NCBI GenBank assembly: GCA_027923505.1
Contig: BROI01000017.1
Span: 186,001-250,000 of the forward strand
From: Mayamaea pseudoterrestris
Lineage: Eukaryota
Reading direction: 5' to 3'
DNA length: 64,000 nt
The notes beneath the pieces are model-generated. The model was not told where the DNA came from. It made no database searches and worked only from the letters and a program-made list of their open reading frames with translations. Position numbers and translations under genes: made by a program. This document shows positions 44,119-54,767 of this stretch, in pieces (position 1 is the stretch's first letter; each line of letters begins with the position of its first letter).

Positions 44119-45882
44119 TTAGCGAATCGCTGGCTGCCCAAATGTCAATTCTGGGATGCCGCTTGCTGCCGCACCAGCCTTGCGAAACACCGATTGACTT
44201 CCAAATATGTTCCAGAAACGCAGTGTTTCATCAGCCGCTGCAGAAACCACAGACGACCCGTCTGGACTCATCTCCATGTTCAATACTCGCGCAGTGTGCC
44301 CTTGCAGCTCCTTGATCCGCGTCATTGTCGGGTACTTCCATAGTATGAGCTGATTCTCCGAGTACCCATGGCTGCTGCAAAGCTCGCGCTGATTCTTATT
44401 CCAAATAAGACTGCAGACTTGACTACCAGTGTCGACACTATTCAAAAGAGCACCCGAGCTTGTGTTCCAAAACTTGATGGTCCTATCCGACGTTCCCCCG
44501 CCGCTGGCAAGCAATCCACGATAGAATGGGCACCAATCCAGCGCCTTGACGGCGGCACGATGCTTGCGCAAGGTCAACCGCGGTGCCGTGTCAGTTAGCT
44601 GTCGCCGAGCACTGCGCGCCGCGCCAGTAGAACCAGTTCCACCTGACATGGCCGCGTCCCACAAACACAAGTAGTTCTCATTGCCGCCGCTTGCCAGACA
44701 AGAGCCATCTTCGTTCCATTTCATTCCACACACTTCCTGCAAATGGCCCGAGTATCGTGCTGCAATGGAATGAGGTGACCGAATGTCATGGTTCAAAATC
44801 TTTGAGTCTCGAGACCCGCTCGTCAACCAATCCTGGTTCCACGCCATGGCGCTCACGCGTCCATGATGCCCTGGCAGCGTCCGAATCTTTTGCATGGTCG
44901 ATGCGTCGTACAACATAACAGCATGATTATTCGTTCCAACTCCAATATACTTGGTATGGCCTTGCATAGTGCACCACGAGACTGATGTAACGTAGTCTTG
45001 GTTGTTTTCGTTCTCCAGAGTGACCAAGTTACTAATATCGCCATTCCCAGCGTTCCACAAATAGACACTCTGCGCGAGCGCCACTGCCAAGACATTGTCC
45101 TTTCCCCATGATATTAAATTCAAGTAATAATCATCTACAATGTCGGGCGCATCAAGAATGCGAAACGGCGCCGACGGAACCTTGCGAAGAATCTTGTTTT
45201 GCACCGTTCGATCCATGGCGGCAGCGTCATCCTCCGTTTGGTCCTCATCCGTCACGCGTCCCAACTTGATGCTCCGGAGCAAATCATGAGAAAATGGATT
45301 CTCTGGTCGCTGCGACGGAGTCTTGTGGGGAGGTGACGTCGACGATGCTCGTTTGTTGCTCACATGGGTGTTTGCATCTCCAAAAGTAAGCAAACCTGTT
45401 AATTGAGCATCCTCATCGAGCTTCTCAAGAGGAATATTGCAGAGGGAGCTCAGCATGCGCCGCTTAAACTCCTTTTGCAAAGGATTCTCCGGTGCCGCGA
45501 CAGCTGGAGCCGGTCCTTCCGGCTCTGAATGAGGTCGCTTCTTCGTCTGGTTCTTGTCGCCAGAGAGGAGCGCCTTGCGAACCAAACTCAAATTAGTGTA
45601 ACGACGACTCGGTATAAATCGATCGTCATCTCCATTCTGCGTTGTTGATTGCGCGCTGTTCGGAGGAGCCTGTGTCCAATACGGCCGCTTCGATGAAGAG
45701 CGTGGCGGCGTGCCGTCGAGCCGCAAGCGTCCTCCGGTGGTGACGGGGCTCGACCGCAAGAGACGATGATGACTCGGCGTTGCATTCTTCGACGGAGTCA
45801 CAAATGAAGTGGGAGCAAGAGTAGATCCTCGTATACCGCGTCTCGGCGGAGTCTTGGGAGGTAAGTATAGCCTGGTTTCCAT
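44119..45882 (-). CDS. CDC20: APC/C activator CDC20/Fizzy
   Basis: C-box DRFIPSR, KILR motif, RILDAPDIVDDYYLNL, WD40 repeats, HRAAVKA and a C-terminal IR tail. Confidence 0.95.
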   Translation of the reverse strand: METRLYLPPKTPPRRGIRGSTLAPTSFVTPSKNATPSHHRLLRSSPVTTGGRLRLDGTPPRSSSKRPYWTQAPPNSAQSTTQNGDDDRFIPSRRYTNLSLVRKALLSGDKNQTKKRPHSEPEGPAPAVAAPENPLQKEFKRRMLSSLCNIPLEKLDEDAQLTGLLTFGDANTHVSNKRASSTSPPHKTPSQRPENPFSHDLLRSIKLGRVTDEDQTEDDAAAMDRTVQNKILRKVPSAPFRILDAPDIVDDYYLNLISWGKDNVLAVALAQSVYLWNAGNGDISNLVTLENENNQDYVTSVSWCTMQGHTKYIGVGTNNHAVMLYDASTMQKIRTLPGHHGRVSAMAWNQDWLTSGSRDSKILNHDIRSPHSIAARYSGHLQEVCGMKWNEDGSCLASGGNENYLCLWDAAMSGGTGSTGAARSARRQLTDTAPRLTLRKHRAAVKALDWCPFYRGLLASGGGTSDRTIKFWNTSSGALLNSVDTGSQVCSLIWNKNQRELCSSHGYSENQLILWKYPTMTRIKELQGHTARVLNMEMSPDGSSVVSAAADETLRFWNIFGSQSVFRKAGAAASGIPELTFGQPAIR

Positions 45883-46128
45883 GGTAGCCTCGATAGTTTA
45901 GAACCTGTGAGCGAAGCAGACGATGCTGTTGAAAGCGCTCTGGCTGGAGGGACGTGCGTTATCTCCTGTCACGGTTAGGGACAATCACGGATTGAACCGT
46001 AAGTACGAAACGTGTTGCGTGACAGTCGGATCGGTACTCGGACGCGCAATGGAACGAGAAACGCGCGACAACCATGCGATGATGGAACGATCAAGATCTA
46101 TCAGTATATTATAGCTGATAATCAGACG

Positions 46129-48330
46129 ATGCTAAAGTATAGTCCCACACTACTAGCAATAAGGAAACGAGCTTTTATTCTTCTCTACGCCGGAAACTTC
46201 ATTCTGGCAGCGAAAGCCTTTTCTGCCCCGGCTTTCCTTCGTCATCGCGTCGACTTCCGACCAAATTCCATGTCGGCTTCCACGGGAATTCAAGACCACG
46301 ACACTTTAAAGCCTACCAAGTCTGGACTAATTCCAAACTGGAGGTCAATATCATCTCAAGAATGCCTGGCTGATGCGGACTCTTCATTTCCGAACGCAGC
46401 CGCTTCCATTCTGCGGACACGCGCCGAATGGTCTCAAGACAATTTTCAAGACGCCTTGGATCTTTACGATAAACTCAATAAGTGTCAAGACTCCTACATA
46501 TCTGGGAGGTTAGCTCAAGCTCTCAAAAGTCTTGACAGTGCATATCGCCTTTACCGACCAGAATCTGTCATTTGCTCCTTTAATGGCGGCAAGGATGCCG
46601 TCGTCATCCTACATTTAGTACGGGCAGCTTGCGCACACTATCACGCAACCATGAACGGTGGTAAAAACACTCCATTGCATCGTCCACGCGTTATTTACTT
46701 TAATCACAATGACGAATTTCCCGAAATACTCGAATTTCTGCGTGAAACTGTCGAGCAATACGACCTGGACATGATTGCATTCGACAAGGAAATCTCGTTT
46801 CCTGCGGGTCTCCAAATTTTGGTTGACACCAACGTTCCTCCAAGCACAATCGGTGAAAACAATCAACAACCTTATCCAATGGCGTTTGTACTGGGAACGC
46901 GTGAGAGTGATCCAAACGCCGGCGCCCAAGGGCAGTTTGCGCCGTCGTCATCGAGCTACATGCCTCCGTTTATGCGCGTCAATCCAATTTTGCACTGGAA
47001 CTATGGACATGTTTGGCACTTTTTGCGTCTTCAAAATCTACCATACTGTCGGCTTTATGATCAAGGATATACGAGCTTGGGAACGACGAAGAATACAGTT
47101 CCATGTCCTGCTCTGCAAGTCGCCGGTGCCGACGGAAGTCGTGTCCCAAAATTTTGGCCAGCATATATGCTTCGAGACTACGATCAAGAGCGAGCAGGTC
47201 GGATGAGTAGTACTTCAAACAGCAGCAAGAAGACAAAGGCAAAGCAGTCAAAAGACAAGACATATGAAGAGTCTGAAACCAACTTGTCGAGCAGAAATTC
47301 ATCCGAGATGGATCGTTTTTCGACCTACACTGATTCGGTTGCCGAACCAGTCAATGCTACAGGTACTAACAGTGCTGCTGTAACTTTTGACAACGTAATT
47401 GATGTATCGACATTCAACGTAACGAATGCAGCTGGCGGTGAAGATGACGACTCCGTGGTATCATACAGTTCCGATGCTAACAGACAAAAATCAGTCGGCT
47501 TACTCATTGTTGGCGATGAAATACTGAAAGGTTTTACCCAGGACACCAACACACAAGCGGCAGCCAAAGCACTGTTCTGTCAGAATGTTGTATTGAAGCG
47601 AGTAGTTGTCGTTTCAGATAAGCAAGAATGCATTGTGCAGGAGATTCACAGACTGCAGAAGGAGGTTGATGTCATTATCACAAGCGGCGGAGTAGGGCCT
47701 ACCCATGACGATGTGACCATCAAGAGCGTCGCTGAAGCTTTGAAGTATGATATGATTGTGCATGAAGAAATGTCAATGCTTCTTAAAGACAAGATGAACG
47801 CCGGCGACCGTTCGTCCGAGCTGACAGAAGCACAGTTGAAGATGGCGACACTTCCAAGTGCATCCAAGCTCAGATACCTTTCCGGTCCTTCAAACTGGCC
47901 AGTATTGCAGGTACGAAATATATTTATACTGCCTGGCGTTCCAGAATTCTTCTCGGCAAAGATTGAGGATGTTTCGCGCTACCTTTCCTGCCAGCTTGAA
48001 CGGAGTGCGGCGTACAAGGTTGTTTTGTCTACGGACGAAAACACCATTGTTCCTATCCTCAATGCAGTCGTCGAGAATCATCCAAATGTTAGTATCGGAA
48101 GCTATCCTTTTGTCAGCCACCCTGAGTACAAAACTGTCATTACTGTGGAAGGCCGCCTTTTGGCGAATTTCACGAGAAGCAACTCAAGCGTGTTTGACCG
48201 CTTGGACCTGAGTCAACGATCACCCAAGGTAGACTTGGACAAGTACGTGCAACTTGCGCTTGATGAATTAATCACCACGTTACCAAAAGGGAGCGTTCTA
48301 CGCGTCGATGACGACGATTTGCTACTTTAA
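46129..48330 (+). CDS. FLAD1: Bifunctional FAD synthase (PAPS-reductase domain + molybdopterin-binding/CinA-like domain), putatively plastid-targeted
   Basis: Motifs SFNGGKD, LGTRESDP, RVNPILHW, LYDQGYTSLG, ERAGR; then IVGDEILKG..DTN, GGVGPTHDDVT, ILPGVP. Signal ending AKA-FSAP from ATG 46129. Confidence 0.9.
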   Translation: MLKYSPTLLAIRKRAFILLYAGNFILAAKAFSAPAFLRHRVDFRPNSMSASTGIQDHDTLKPTKSGLIPNWRSISSQECLADADSSFPNAAASILRTRAEWSQDNFQDALDLYDKLNKCQDSYISGRLAQALKSLDSAYRLYRPESVICSFNGGKDAVVILHLVRAACAHYHATMNGGKNTPLHRPRVIYFNHNDEFPEILEFLRETVEQYDLDMIAFDKEISFPAGLQILVDTNVPPSTIGENNQQPYPMAFVLGTRESDPNAGAQGQFAPSSSSYMPPFMRVNPILHWNYGHVWHFLRLQNLPYCRLYDQGYTSLGTTKNTVPCPALQVAGADGSRVPKFWPAYMLRDYDQERAGRMSSTSNSSKKTKAKQSKDKTYEESETNLSSRNSSEMDRFSTYTDSVAEPVNATGTNSAAVTFDNVIDVSTFNVTNAAGGEDDDSVVSYSSDANRQKSVGLLIVGDEILKGFTQDTNTQAAAKALFCQNVVLKRVVVVSDKQECIVQEIHRLQKEVDVIITSGGVGPTHDDVTIKSVAEALKYDMIVHEEMSMLLKDKMNAGDRSSELTEAQLKMATLPSASKLRYLSGPSNWPVLQVRNIFILPGVPEFFSAKIEDVSRYLSCQLERSAAYKVVLSTDENTIVPILNAVVENHPNVSIGSYPFVSHPEYKTVITVEGRLLANFTRSNSSVFDRLDLSQRSPKVDLDKYVQLALDELITTLPKGSVLRVDDDDLLL

Positions 48331-48385
48331 AATGATTATTTGCTAAATTTTATATATTTTCGGACTATGAGTCTCTCCGGCCACT

Positions 48386-49519
48386 TCATTTACGAACTTT
48401 TCGTCGCAGAGCCCTTTCAGGTCTCGCGCCAAAGCCTTTCGTAGCTGCCGATAGTTTTTCGAGCTTTGGAAACAACCTCATTGCTTGCGCTTCCATTTCC
48501 GCTCGAAAACGCTCCTCCGGATCTTCGCTGGTCAAGCCAGGCAGTTCCAAGCAATCGTAAGTGAATTGCAGCGCCTGCTTCTCCACTGCAGTCAAATCTG
48601 GATGCCATAGGCGAATCATGAGAATGTACCGTGCTCGGTCACTATCATTGATAGCATCATGAATAAGACTCGTGTCAAACAGCATGAGTTCGCCGTCGAT
48701 CCATTCCCGCGTCGTATCGCCAACCGTTAGTCGACACTGATTCGTCCCCGCGTATGGAACGATGAGCGGCAAATGACTCGTCAATACAAAGTTTGTAAAG
48801 TCGGAATGAGGTTCAATCCGCGTCTGTGGCTGCATGCGGGCAAAGAATACTTCCACGGCGTCGACGCCGCAATCTTGGACGGCTTGCGCCGCCACTGGAA
48901 ACAGGTTGCAGTTGACTGAATCCCATCGCCCGCGATCCATCAACACTAACGTTCGCCAGGAGTCTCCATACTCTGCAGCATTCTTTGTCAATGCTCCCGC
49001 CCAAACATTGTTGCCACGCTGTTCAATGCTGCCATTTTCAGCGAGGGCAACGCTTATGAACTCGTTGCGAATCGCCTGAAAGTGCTTCTGCAGCTTGCCA
49101 CACCAATCCATCTTGGTCGTGTCCCAAAATGGTTTGACAGACAAACCAGGAACGTAGGAGTGACAGTACTGCAAGTATCTTTGCTTTTCATTGTTTTCAT
49201 TGGTTTGACTGCTGCTGCTGCTTTGGAACCACTGCTTGTGCTCGTAGTCCTGATCGAGCAACATCCACGAGGTGAGCACCCTGGAAATATCTTGCCCTTT
49301 GAATTTTCGTTCCAGCGCTTGGGCTACCATTCCAGCAAACGTATGAGGAGCTAGTGTCTTTGTATTTGGCATGTTGGTTTCGACAAAGCTATCAAAGTCA
49401 GTCAGGCCGAGTTGAGACAAAGACGATCGGCACTGCGATGGTGGCGAGACCCATGCTTCAGTCAGTAATGCCAGGTACAGCAGTAGTAGAATCCATGATT
49501 GTACTATGCGTAAACTCAT
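48386..49519 (-). CDS. Aspartyl/asparaginyl beta-hydroxylase-domain (2OG-Fe) protein, putatively plastid-targeted
   Basis: Motifs PGLSVKPFW, VFFARM, IEPHSD, HLPLIVP, FDTSLIHDAIN, RYILM..WHPDL. Signal ending TEA-WVSP from ATG 49519. Confidence 0.85.
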   Translation of the reverse strand: MSLRIVQSWILLLLYLALLTEAWVSPPSQCRSSLSQLGLTDFDSFVETNMPNTKTLAPHTFAGMVAQALERKFKGQDISRVLTSWMLLDQDYEHKQWFQSSSSSQTNENNEKQRYLQYCHSYVPGLSVKPFWDTTKMDWCGKLQKHFQAIRNEFISVALAENGSIEQRGNNVWAGALTKNAAEYGDSWRTLVLMDRGRWDSVNCNLFPVAAQAVQDCGVDAVEVFFARMQPQTRIEPHSDFTNFVLTSHLPLIVPYAGTNQCRLTVGDTTREWIDGELMLFDTSLIHDAINDSDRARYILMIRLWHPDLTAVEKQALQFTYDCLELPGLTSEDPEERFRAEMEAQAMRLFPKLEKLSAATKGFGARPERALRRKVRK

Positions 49520-49701
49520 TCTGTCTTGCAAGGAGTTGCAAGAGTGTGTGGATGGATTGTCACTCGGCAAGTCAATCGCCTTGCTGAGTTACTCGATGTG
49601 TGAATGTGAAAAATGAGTCGCAAGGTTCGGGAACGCATTCTTTTCACGAAACTAGTCTTCCGCCCAGCGACCACTCAAACCTTCCGTCAGTCAAAATCAC
49701 C

Positions 49702-49989
49702 ATGGCGCTCCTTCGATATCAAGTGATCTTGGCTTACGCAGTAGCATTCTTTTCCGCGTGGTATTTCGCTCTGCAAGCAGCCAACAATAGCAACATTTCC
49801 GGGCCGACATTTAGCTTGATTTGTTATGCACCAATCTGGGTCGTCTTTGCGATTGGCATTTACGCACTCGTTCGACTGATCATTGGCGTCGCAAGGTTGC
49901 AGGACCGACCGGACGCAGCTGCCGAGTTGGATCGTGACGTCAAGGAAGCGAAACTGGAGTTGGCCAAGCGGGGAATCAAACTTGATTGA
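49702..49989 (+). CDS. DPM3: Dolichol-phosphate mannosyltransferase subunit 3
   Basis: 95 aa with two TM helices, P..GIYAL..IGV, then DRPDAAAELDRDVKEAKLELAKRGI. Confidence 0.85.
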   Translation: MALLRYQVILAYAVAFFSAWYFALQAANNSNISGPTFSLICYAPIWVVFAIGIYALVRLIIGVARLQDRPDAAAELDRDVKEAKLELAKRGIKLD

Positions 49990-50246
49990 CTGTGAACAAG
50001 GGCTTGTTGAAAGGCGAGCAGGAATAACGACAATTTGAACGTATCAAGTTTCAAGTTCATGTTTCTCTGAAGAGCCGAAATGGTCCTAAACGAAGTGTAC
50101 TGCATGTATGGTCAAAAGTGAAAAAACGACGAGTCGTCACTATTAATCTGATCGATGAAACGGTCAAAAAATGGCACGCTTCTAGAGTAGCATGTACTTG
50201 TACGATTGTAGCGCTTTGTATTTTAATTTAACATAAACACAAATTA

Positions 50247-51845
50247 CTAATCGATAGCAAACTCAGCTGCAATGAGCATGTGATCAGATGGGTAGGATAG
50301 ACCGGGTAGCCGCGAGTCGTTAATGTCTGTTGGAACCTGCAACGCCGCCAAACAGGTGAGGTTTGAGTAAAATATGTAGTCAATGATTCGTCTCGTTTCC
50401 TTGGTGCCGCGAATCTTCCACGTTGTATAGAAGGAAGGTGGTGGAGGATCAATGAGATAAGCCGACTGCAGCGGCGGCGTTAGCAAGTCGCTGTGCAATA
50501 TTCGCTCACGAACGCAGGACTCGTCAAACTCGCAATCTGCATCGGCGTTCAAATCGCCGACAAACAAAATGGGCACCGATAAGTGTTCTCTGCTAGTGGC
50601 ATCGCCATCCACTGTCGTCGTGTCTTCCACCAAACTAGAGACGCAGCGCGAAACCTCCAAAAGGAGATCCTTCACTTGGACGCATCGAATCTTTTCGTTT
50701 GATTCGCTCGCTTGAGCCTTCAAATGAGTTACTGCAACCACTATGCTGCGATTCGTCGCATGGTGCTGCAAGACAGCTAATATAAACACTTGCGATCCGA
50801 CGCGGAACTCGTGTCGCTTTGCTGATATTAGTTTGAACTTGTCGGTTCTCCAAAACAGGGCACACCCATCAGAATAGTATCCAAGCGGCAAGCATGGCGA
50901 TCTAGTCTTTGGTGCAAAGAAAGAGTCGTAGCCAAACAGTCGTAGCATTGGCGCAAAGAAACCGTGGTAGCGATCCATTTCCTCGATCGCAATAATATCA
51001 AATAGAGATTGTGACTCTGATGATTGTCGGTATGTTTTCAGCAATACTTCCAAAAGTCGCCATCGCCGACGCGAAAAATCTAACACCTGCTCAATGTATG
51101 GGACGCTGGTAAAGCCGCCATATCCGGTGGCATTCTTGTCGGTATGATTGGTGTGTCCATCGGCCGAATCATTTGGAAATGGGCGCTTCGCATCGGGACC
51201 TGATGACAAGCCTTCTGCGAGAGCATTAAATTGCGCAATGGTGAAAGTAGTATTTGTGGACTTTGGAGTAAGACCGTTTATGGCGTCTCCATTGATCGTA
51301 AGCGACATGTCTTTACTGCGTGCCGCAGCGCGTTGGCGCCTTTGCCAATGTCGTGCATACACATTGCAGTTCAAACCACTCTTGGCCTGTTGTAGTTGCT
51401 TGACTTCTTCAATTTTGTCATAAACATTCTGCTGATCTGAAATGTCTCGTACGCTTGGATCAGCGTTTTGCTCCAAACGAATCCATTGATAGACTTCCCT
51501 TGGGTGCTGCTCGTCTCCAGCATTATCATCGTTGACTTCTACCAGCGACTCGAGCGCCGCACACCCAAAGTCGTCAACGACATCGCAGTATTCGTCCATA
51601 TTGTCGTCAATAAAAGCCTCTAAATTATCTTCGTTGAATGAAGATGCTAGCTTGCTTTGTATTGACTGTTTTTTGCGTGAGTACGGTAAAGAAGTGATTC
51701 GATGACAACGTTTTGTACCAAACAACGGTGTTGGAGGATTGACGACAAATCCAAAGCAAGGCAATAATGGTTGGTTTGATATCAGTATCCGTAGCACGAA
51801 ACACCGTCTTAAATTTTGTGATTTAGCACTGCGTCCTCGTGCCAT
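50247..51845 (-). CDS. Nocturnin/CCR4-like EEP-family phosphatase
   Basis: Motifs QFNALAEGL, DIIAIEEMD, DGCALFW, VTHLKA, GDLNA, YTTWKIR, IDYIFY, YPSDH. First ATG at 51845; long N-terminal extension. Confidence 0.85.
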   Translation of the reverse strand: MARGRSAKSQNLRRCFVLRILISNQPLLPCFGFVVNPPTPLFGTKRCHRITSLPYSRKKQSIQSKLASSFNEDNLEAFIDDNMDEYCDVVDDFGCAALESLVEVNDDNAGDEQHPREVYQWIRLEQNADPSVRDISDQQNVYDKIEEVKQLQQAKSGLNCNVYARHWQRRQRAAARSKDMSLTINGDAINGLTPKSTNTTFTIAQFNALAEGLSSGPDAKRPFPNDSADGHTNHTDKNATGYGGFTSVPYIEQVLDFSRRRWRLLEVLLKTYRQSSESQSLFDIIAIEEMDRYHGFFAPMLRLFGYDSFFAPKTRSPCLPLGYYSDGCALFWRTDKFKLISAKRHEFRVGSQVFILAVLQHHATNRSIVVAVTHLKAQASESNEKIRCVQVKDLLLEVSRCVSSLVEDTTTVDGDATSREHLSVPILFVGDLNADADCEFDESCVRERILHSDLLTPPLQSAYLIDPPPPSFYTTWKIRGTKETRRIIDYIFYSNLTCLAALQVPTDINDSRLPGLSYPSDHMLIAAEFAID

Positions 51846-52345
51846 CGGGTTACTGTTGCCAGTATTACCGTAGGTTTGATAGCCGATTGCAGCATGGGAA
51901 GGAAACCGGCCATGGCGAACAATGAGCCACCGATGTAAATGTCGTAGCGAAATTAAATTGAGAAGACGTTTTGCGATTAACAAACTTGGTGGCACTCACT
52001 CATGAACGACTGGCTGGCGCGCAAAATGAATGAAGCTTTGGATGACCGGAAAATGACCGTCGCGATCCGCTGTGCGATGCGCAAGGCGACGAAATAGATG
52101 GTCTCTGCCAACGCCGACAGTTAACATTTCTAGCTTTGATGCAACATTTGTGGAAGGCTTAAAGGCGTAAAAGGTGAAAAACAGACAGTGATTGCTACCG
52201 GTAGACGAACCAAGGCGATTCAGCACATCTTTGTCGAGTGATAGGCAGCTGTTCCTCGAATTTTCGTGGCTACCGCAAGCTCCAGCGACATCCCCTTTCA
52301 TATTACTATCTCGCCTCTTGTTTCTCGACGCAACGGACATAAATC

Positions 52346-54679
52346 ATGGAGGAACTCCAAGATGCTATTGAGGACGCTCAGTATGTCAACGCCATTGCTA
52401 CTCAAGATGATGGTCCTCGACCGGTAGTAGCATGGGAGAAACCAACCGATGAGCAACTGCAACAATGGATAGCTACCAAGCAACCCAAACTTGACTCGAT
52501 GGATTGGGTTCTTTCGCATGCGATTGGCTATTTTCTATTCAGCCAATATGTAAAAAAGGAACGAGATGAATATACACGGATGGTTTTTTGTGAGGAGGTT
52601 CAGCGACTATTAAAATTGCCAGACAAGGCTCGCGTCGGCAAGGCGACATTTATATTGGCACAATTTCTCCAAGTAACGCGATCTAACAGCGACGAGGCAC
52701 TACCATCTTCTGTTAAAACGGAAATTATTGAGACAGACTTGACTAGACCCATTCCATTAAAGCAAGTGTCCGAGAAGGAAATCCAAAAATTGATAGACAT
52801 GAGCATGGATTGGCCGAGTTGTAGCGAGTCGCTCATTGGCTTGAAGGGACCTCTCTTGAAGGAATTTAAGCAAGACTTTGTCGATGCAGAGACGCAAAAT
52901 GAAATTTGGGTTAAACGAGAGTCGGTCCGTGGTTGTGGCGAGGCTCGCACGAGTCTTTCGTACCATGCGCTCAGTGTTCCTATACCTCCCGACGGATCCC
53001 CGGCCGTTTCCGATCAGACACTTCCAACGAGCGTCGATGGAGACGGATCGTCGTCATCAATTTCATACAACGGCAACGCACCTGCTTTTGTAAATGACAA
53101 GACGGAAGCAGCAGTAACCGCGCAAACCGTCGCGTCGCACCAGAGCCGAACGTACGCGGCAAGTATGCACGAAGTAGCAGGCCGAAAGGGTGGACAACAT
53201 GTAAAGAACAACATAAACATGCAGCAATCAATTGGGGAGCTGCTTTTCATGGATGCTGAGCGTGTAGTCATGGAGAGTTTGAAGCGAGACTATTGGGACG
53301 ACTTTAAAGCGTCGGAACATTTTATAAAGTTCAGAAACTTTTTGTGGTATCAAGACCGTCGCGTCAAGCCAGATGATTTTTATACCATGAGAGTTCTTGG
53401 ACGTGGAGGTTTTGGGCTTGTTTATGGTACGTTGTTTGCGTGTTCTCCGAGTTGCGATTGTTGTCGGGTGTAAATTGCATGAATCGTGTTGCGTTGGCTC
53501 ATTCCTCACTTCGCTATATCTGTAGCCAGCAAAAAAGGCACTTCGGGAAAGCTGTACGCAATGAAAGTTATGAATAAAAGGCGGATCAAGATGAAGAAGT
53601 CAGAGCAGTTGGCAACAAATGAGCGACAAGCTCTCGGTGACGTTGACAGCTTGTTCGTCGTCAATCTAATTTACTCCTTTCACTCCAAGGATGATGTTTA
53701 TTTAATTCTTGATCTCATGACGGGCGGTGACTTGGCCTACCACTTGCAAATAAAGGGTCGCTTCTCAAAAAAAGAGTGTTTGTACTACGCAGCCCGTATC
53801 ATGTTTGGACTCCAAGACCTTCACAACGCGTAAGTATTGTGTGCAGCGAAGTTTGCTGACATACATAGTGTGATCGATAGTCCGTCGTGACTCATATTCT
53901 AATACTTCGCTACCCATGCATATAGAGGGTACGTTTACAGAGATATGAAACCAGAGAATTGTTTGCTATCCGAGGATGGTCGTGTAAAAATTACAGACTT
54001 GGGTCTCGCCGTCAAGCTAGTCCCTGATCTACACGGTGCAGCCGGAACGAGAGGATATTGGGCTCCAGAAATGCTTCGACGAGACAACACTGGCAAACGA
54101 AAGACTTATGGACAATGCGTTGACTGGTTTAGTTTTGGGTGCTGTGTCGCAGAGTTTATATCAGGTACGAATCCTTTTCGGACTGAAGAAGCTCTGCAAT
54201 TCGGCATGGACAAGGGCAAACCCACCAAGGAGAAGGCGATTGATTGCGCAACGCTAGAAATGGATCCAGTGTTTAAATCGGAGAAATACGAGCCCGATGC
54301 CGCCGATTTTTGTAGACGATTGCTGGACAAGAACGAAAATACACGCCTCGGCGCGAACGGATGCGAAGAAATCAAGGCACACCCTTGGTTCAAGCACACG
54401 AATTGGGAGAGTATCCTTGCTGATAGTCAGTTGCCTCCATTTCTTCCGCCCAAGGATGTTAACGCTGCGAGCCAGTCGGAGATTGGTCAGTTTGCTCTAG
54501 ACAAGCAATACCAGGAGACAACCCTCGACGACAAGGATGAGTTGGTCTACAAGGATTGGGATTGGACGAACCCACAGGCATTTGGTGCTGAAGTGATTGA
54601 ATTTTTAATGTACGAGCGCCAAACAGGCCGTCCTTTGCTTCCCATGTCGCAAGCAGGCGGTTGTTGTGTTATTCTATAA
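52346..54679 (+). CDS. G protein-coupled receptor kinase (GRK)-like AGC kinase with RGS-homology domain and CaaX, 3 exons
   Basis: Introns 53427-53525 and 53830-53925. N-terminal MEELQDAIEDAQYVNA, RH-like IGYFLFSQY, RVLGRGGFG, YAMKVM, YRDMKPEN, ITDLGLA, GTRGYWAPE. Ends GCCVIL. Confidence 0.88.
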
Positions 54680-54767
54680 AACGAATCCCATAGTTATACT
54701 ATCTACGCAACCGCGAAGAACGGGTTTTGTAGATGCTTAAACGGTTTTGCTCGTTTTACCTAATACG

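Noticed and set aside
7211..54679. Three CaaX proteins (MINDY, FN3, GRK) and several ubiquitin-related genes as a functional cluster
   Set aside because: They are widely spaced and interleaved with unrelated housekeeping genes; there is no evidence of non-random clustering.
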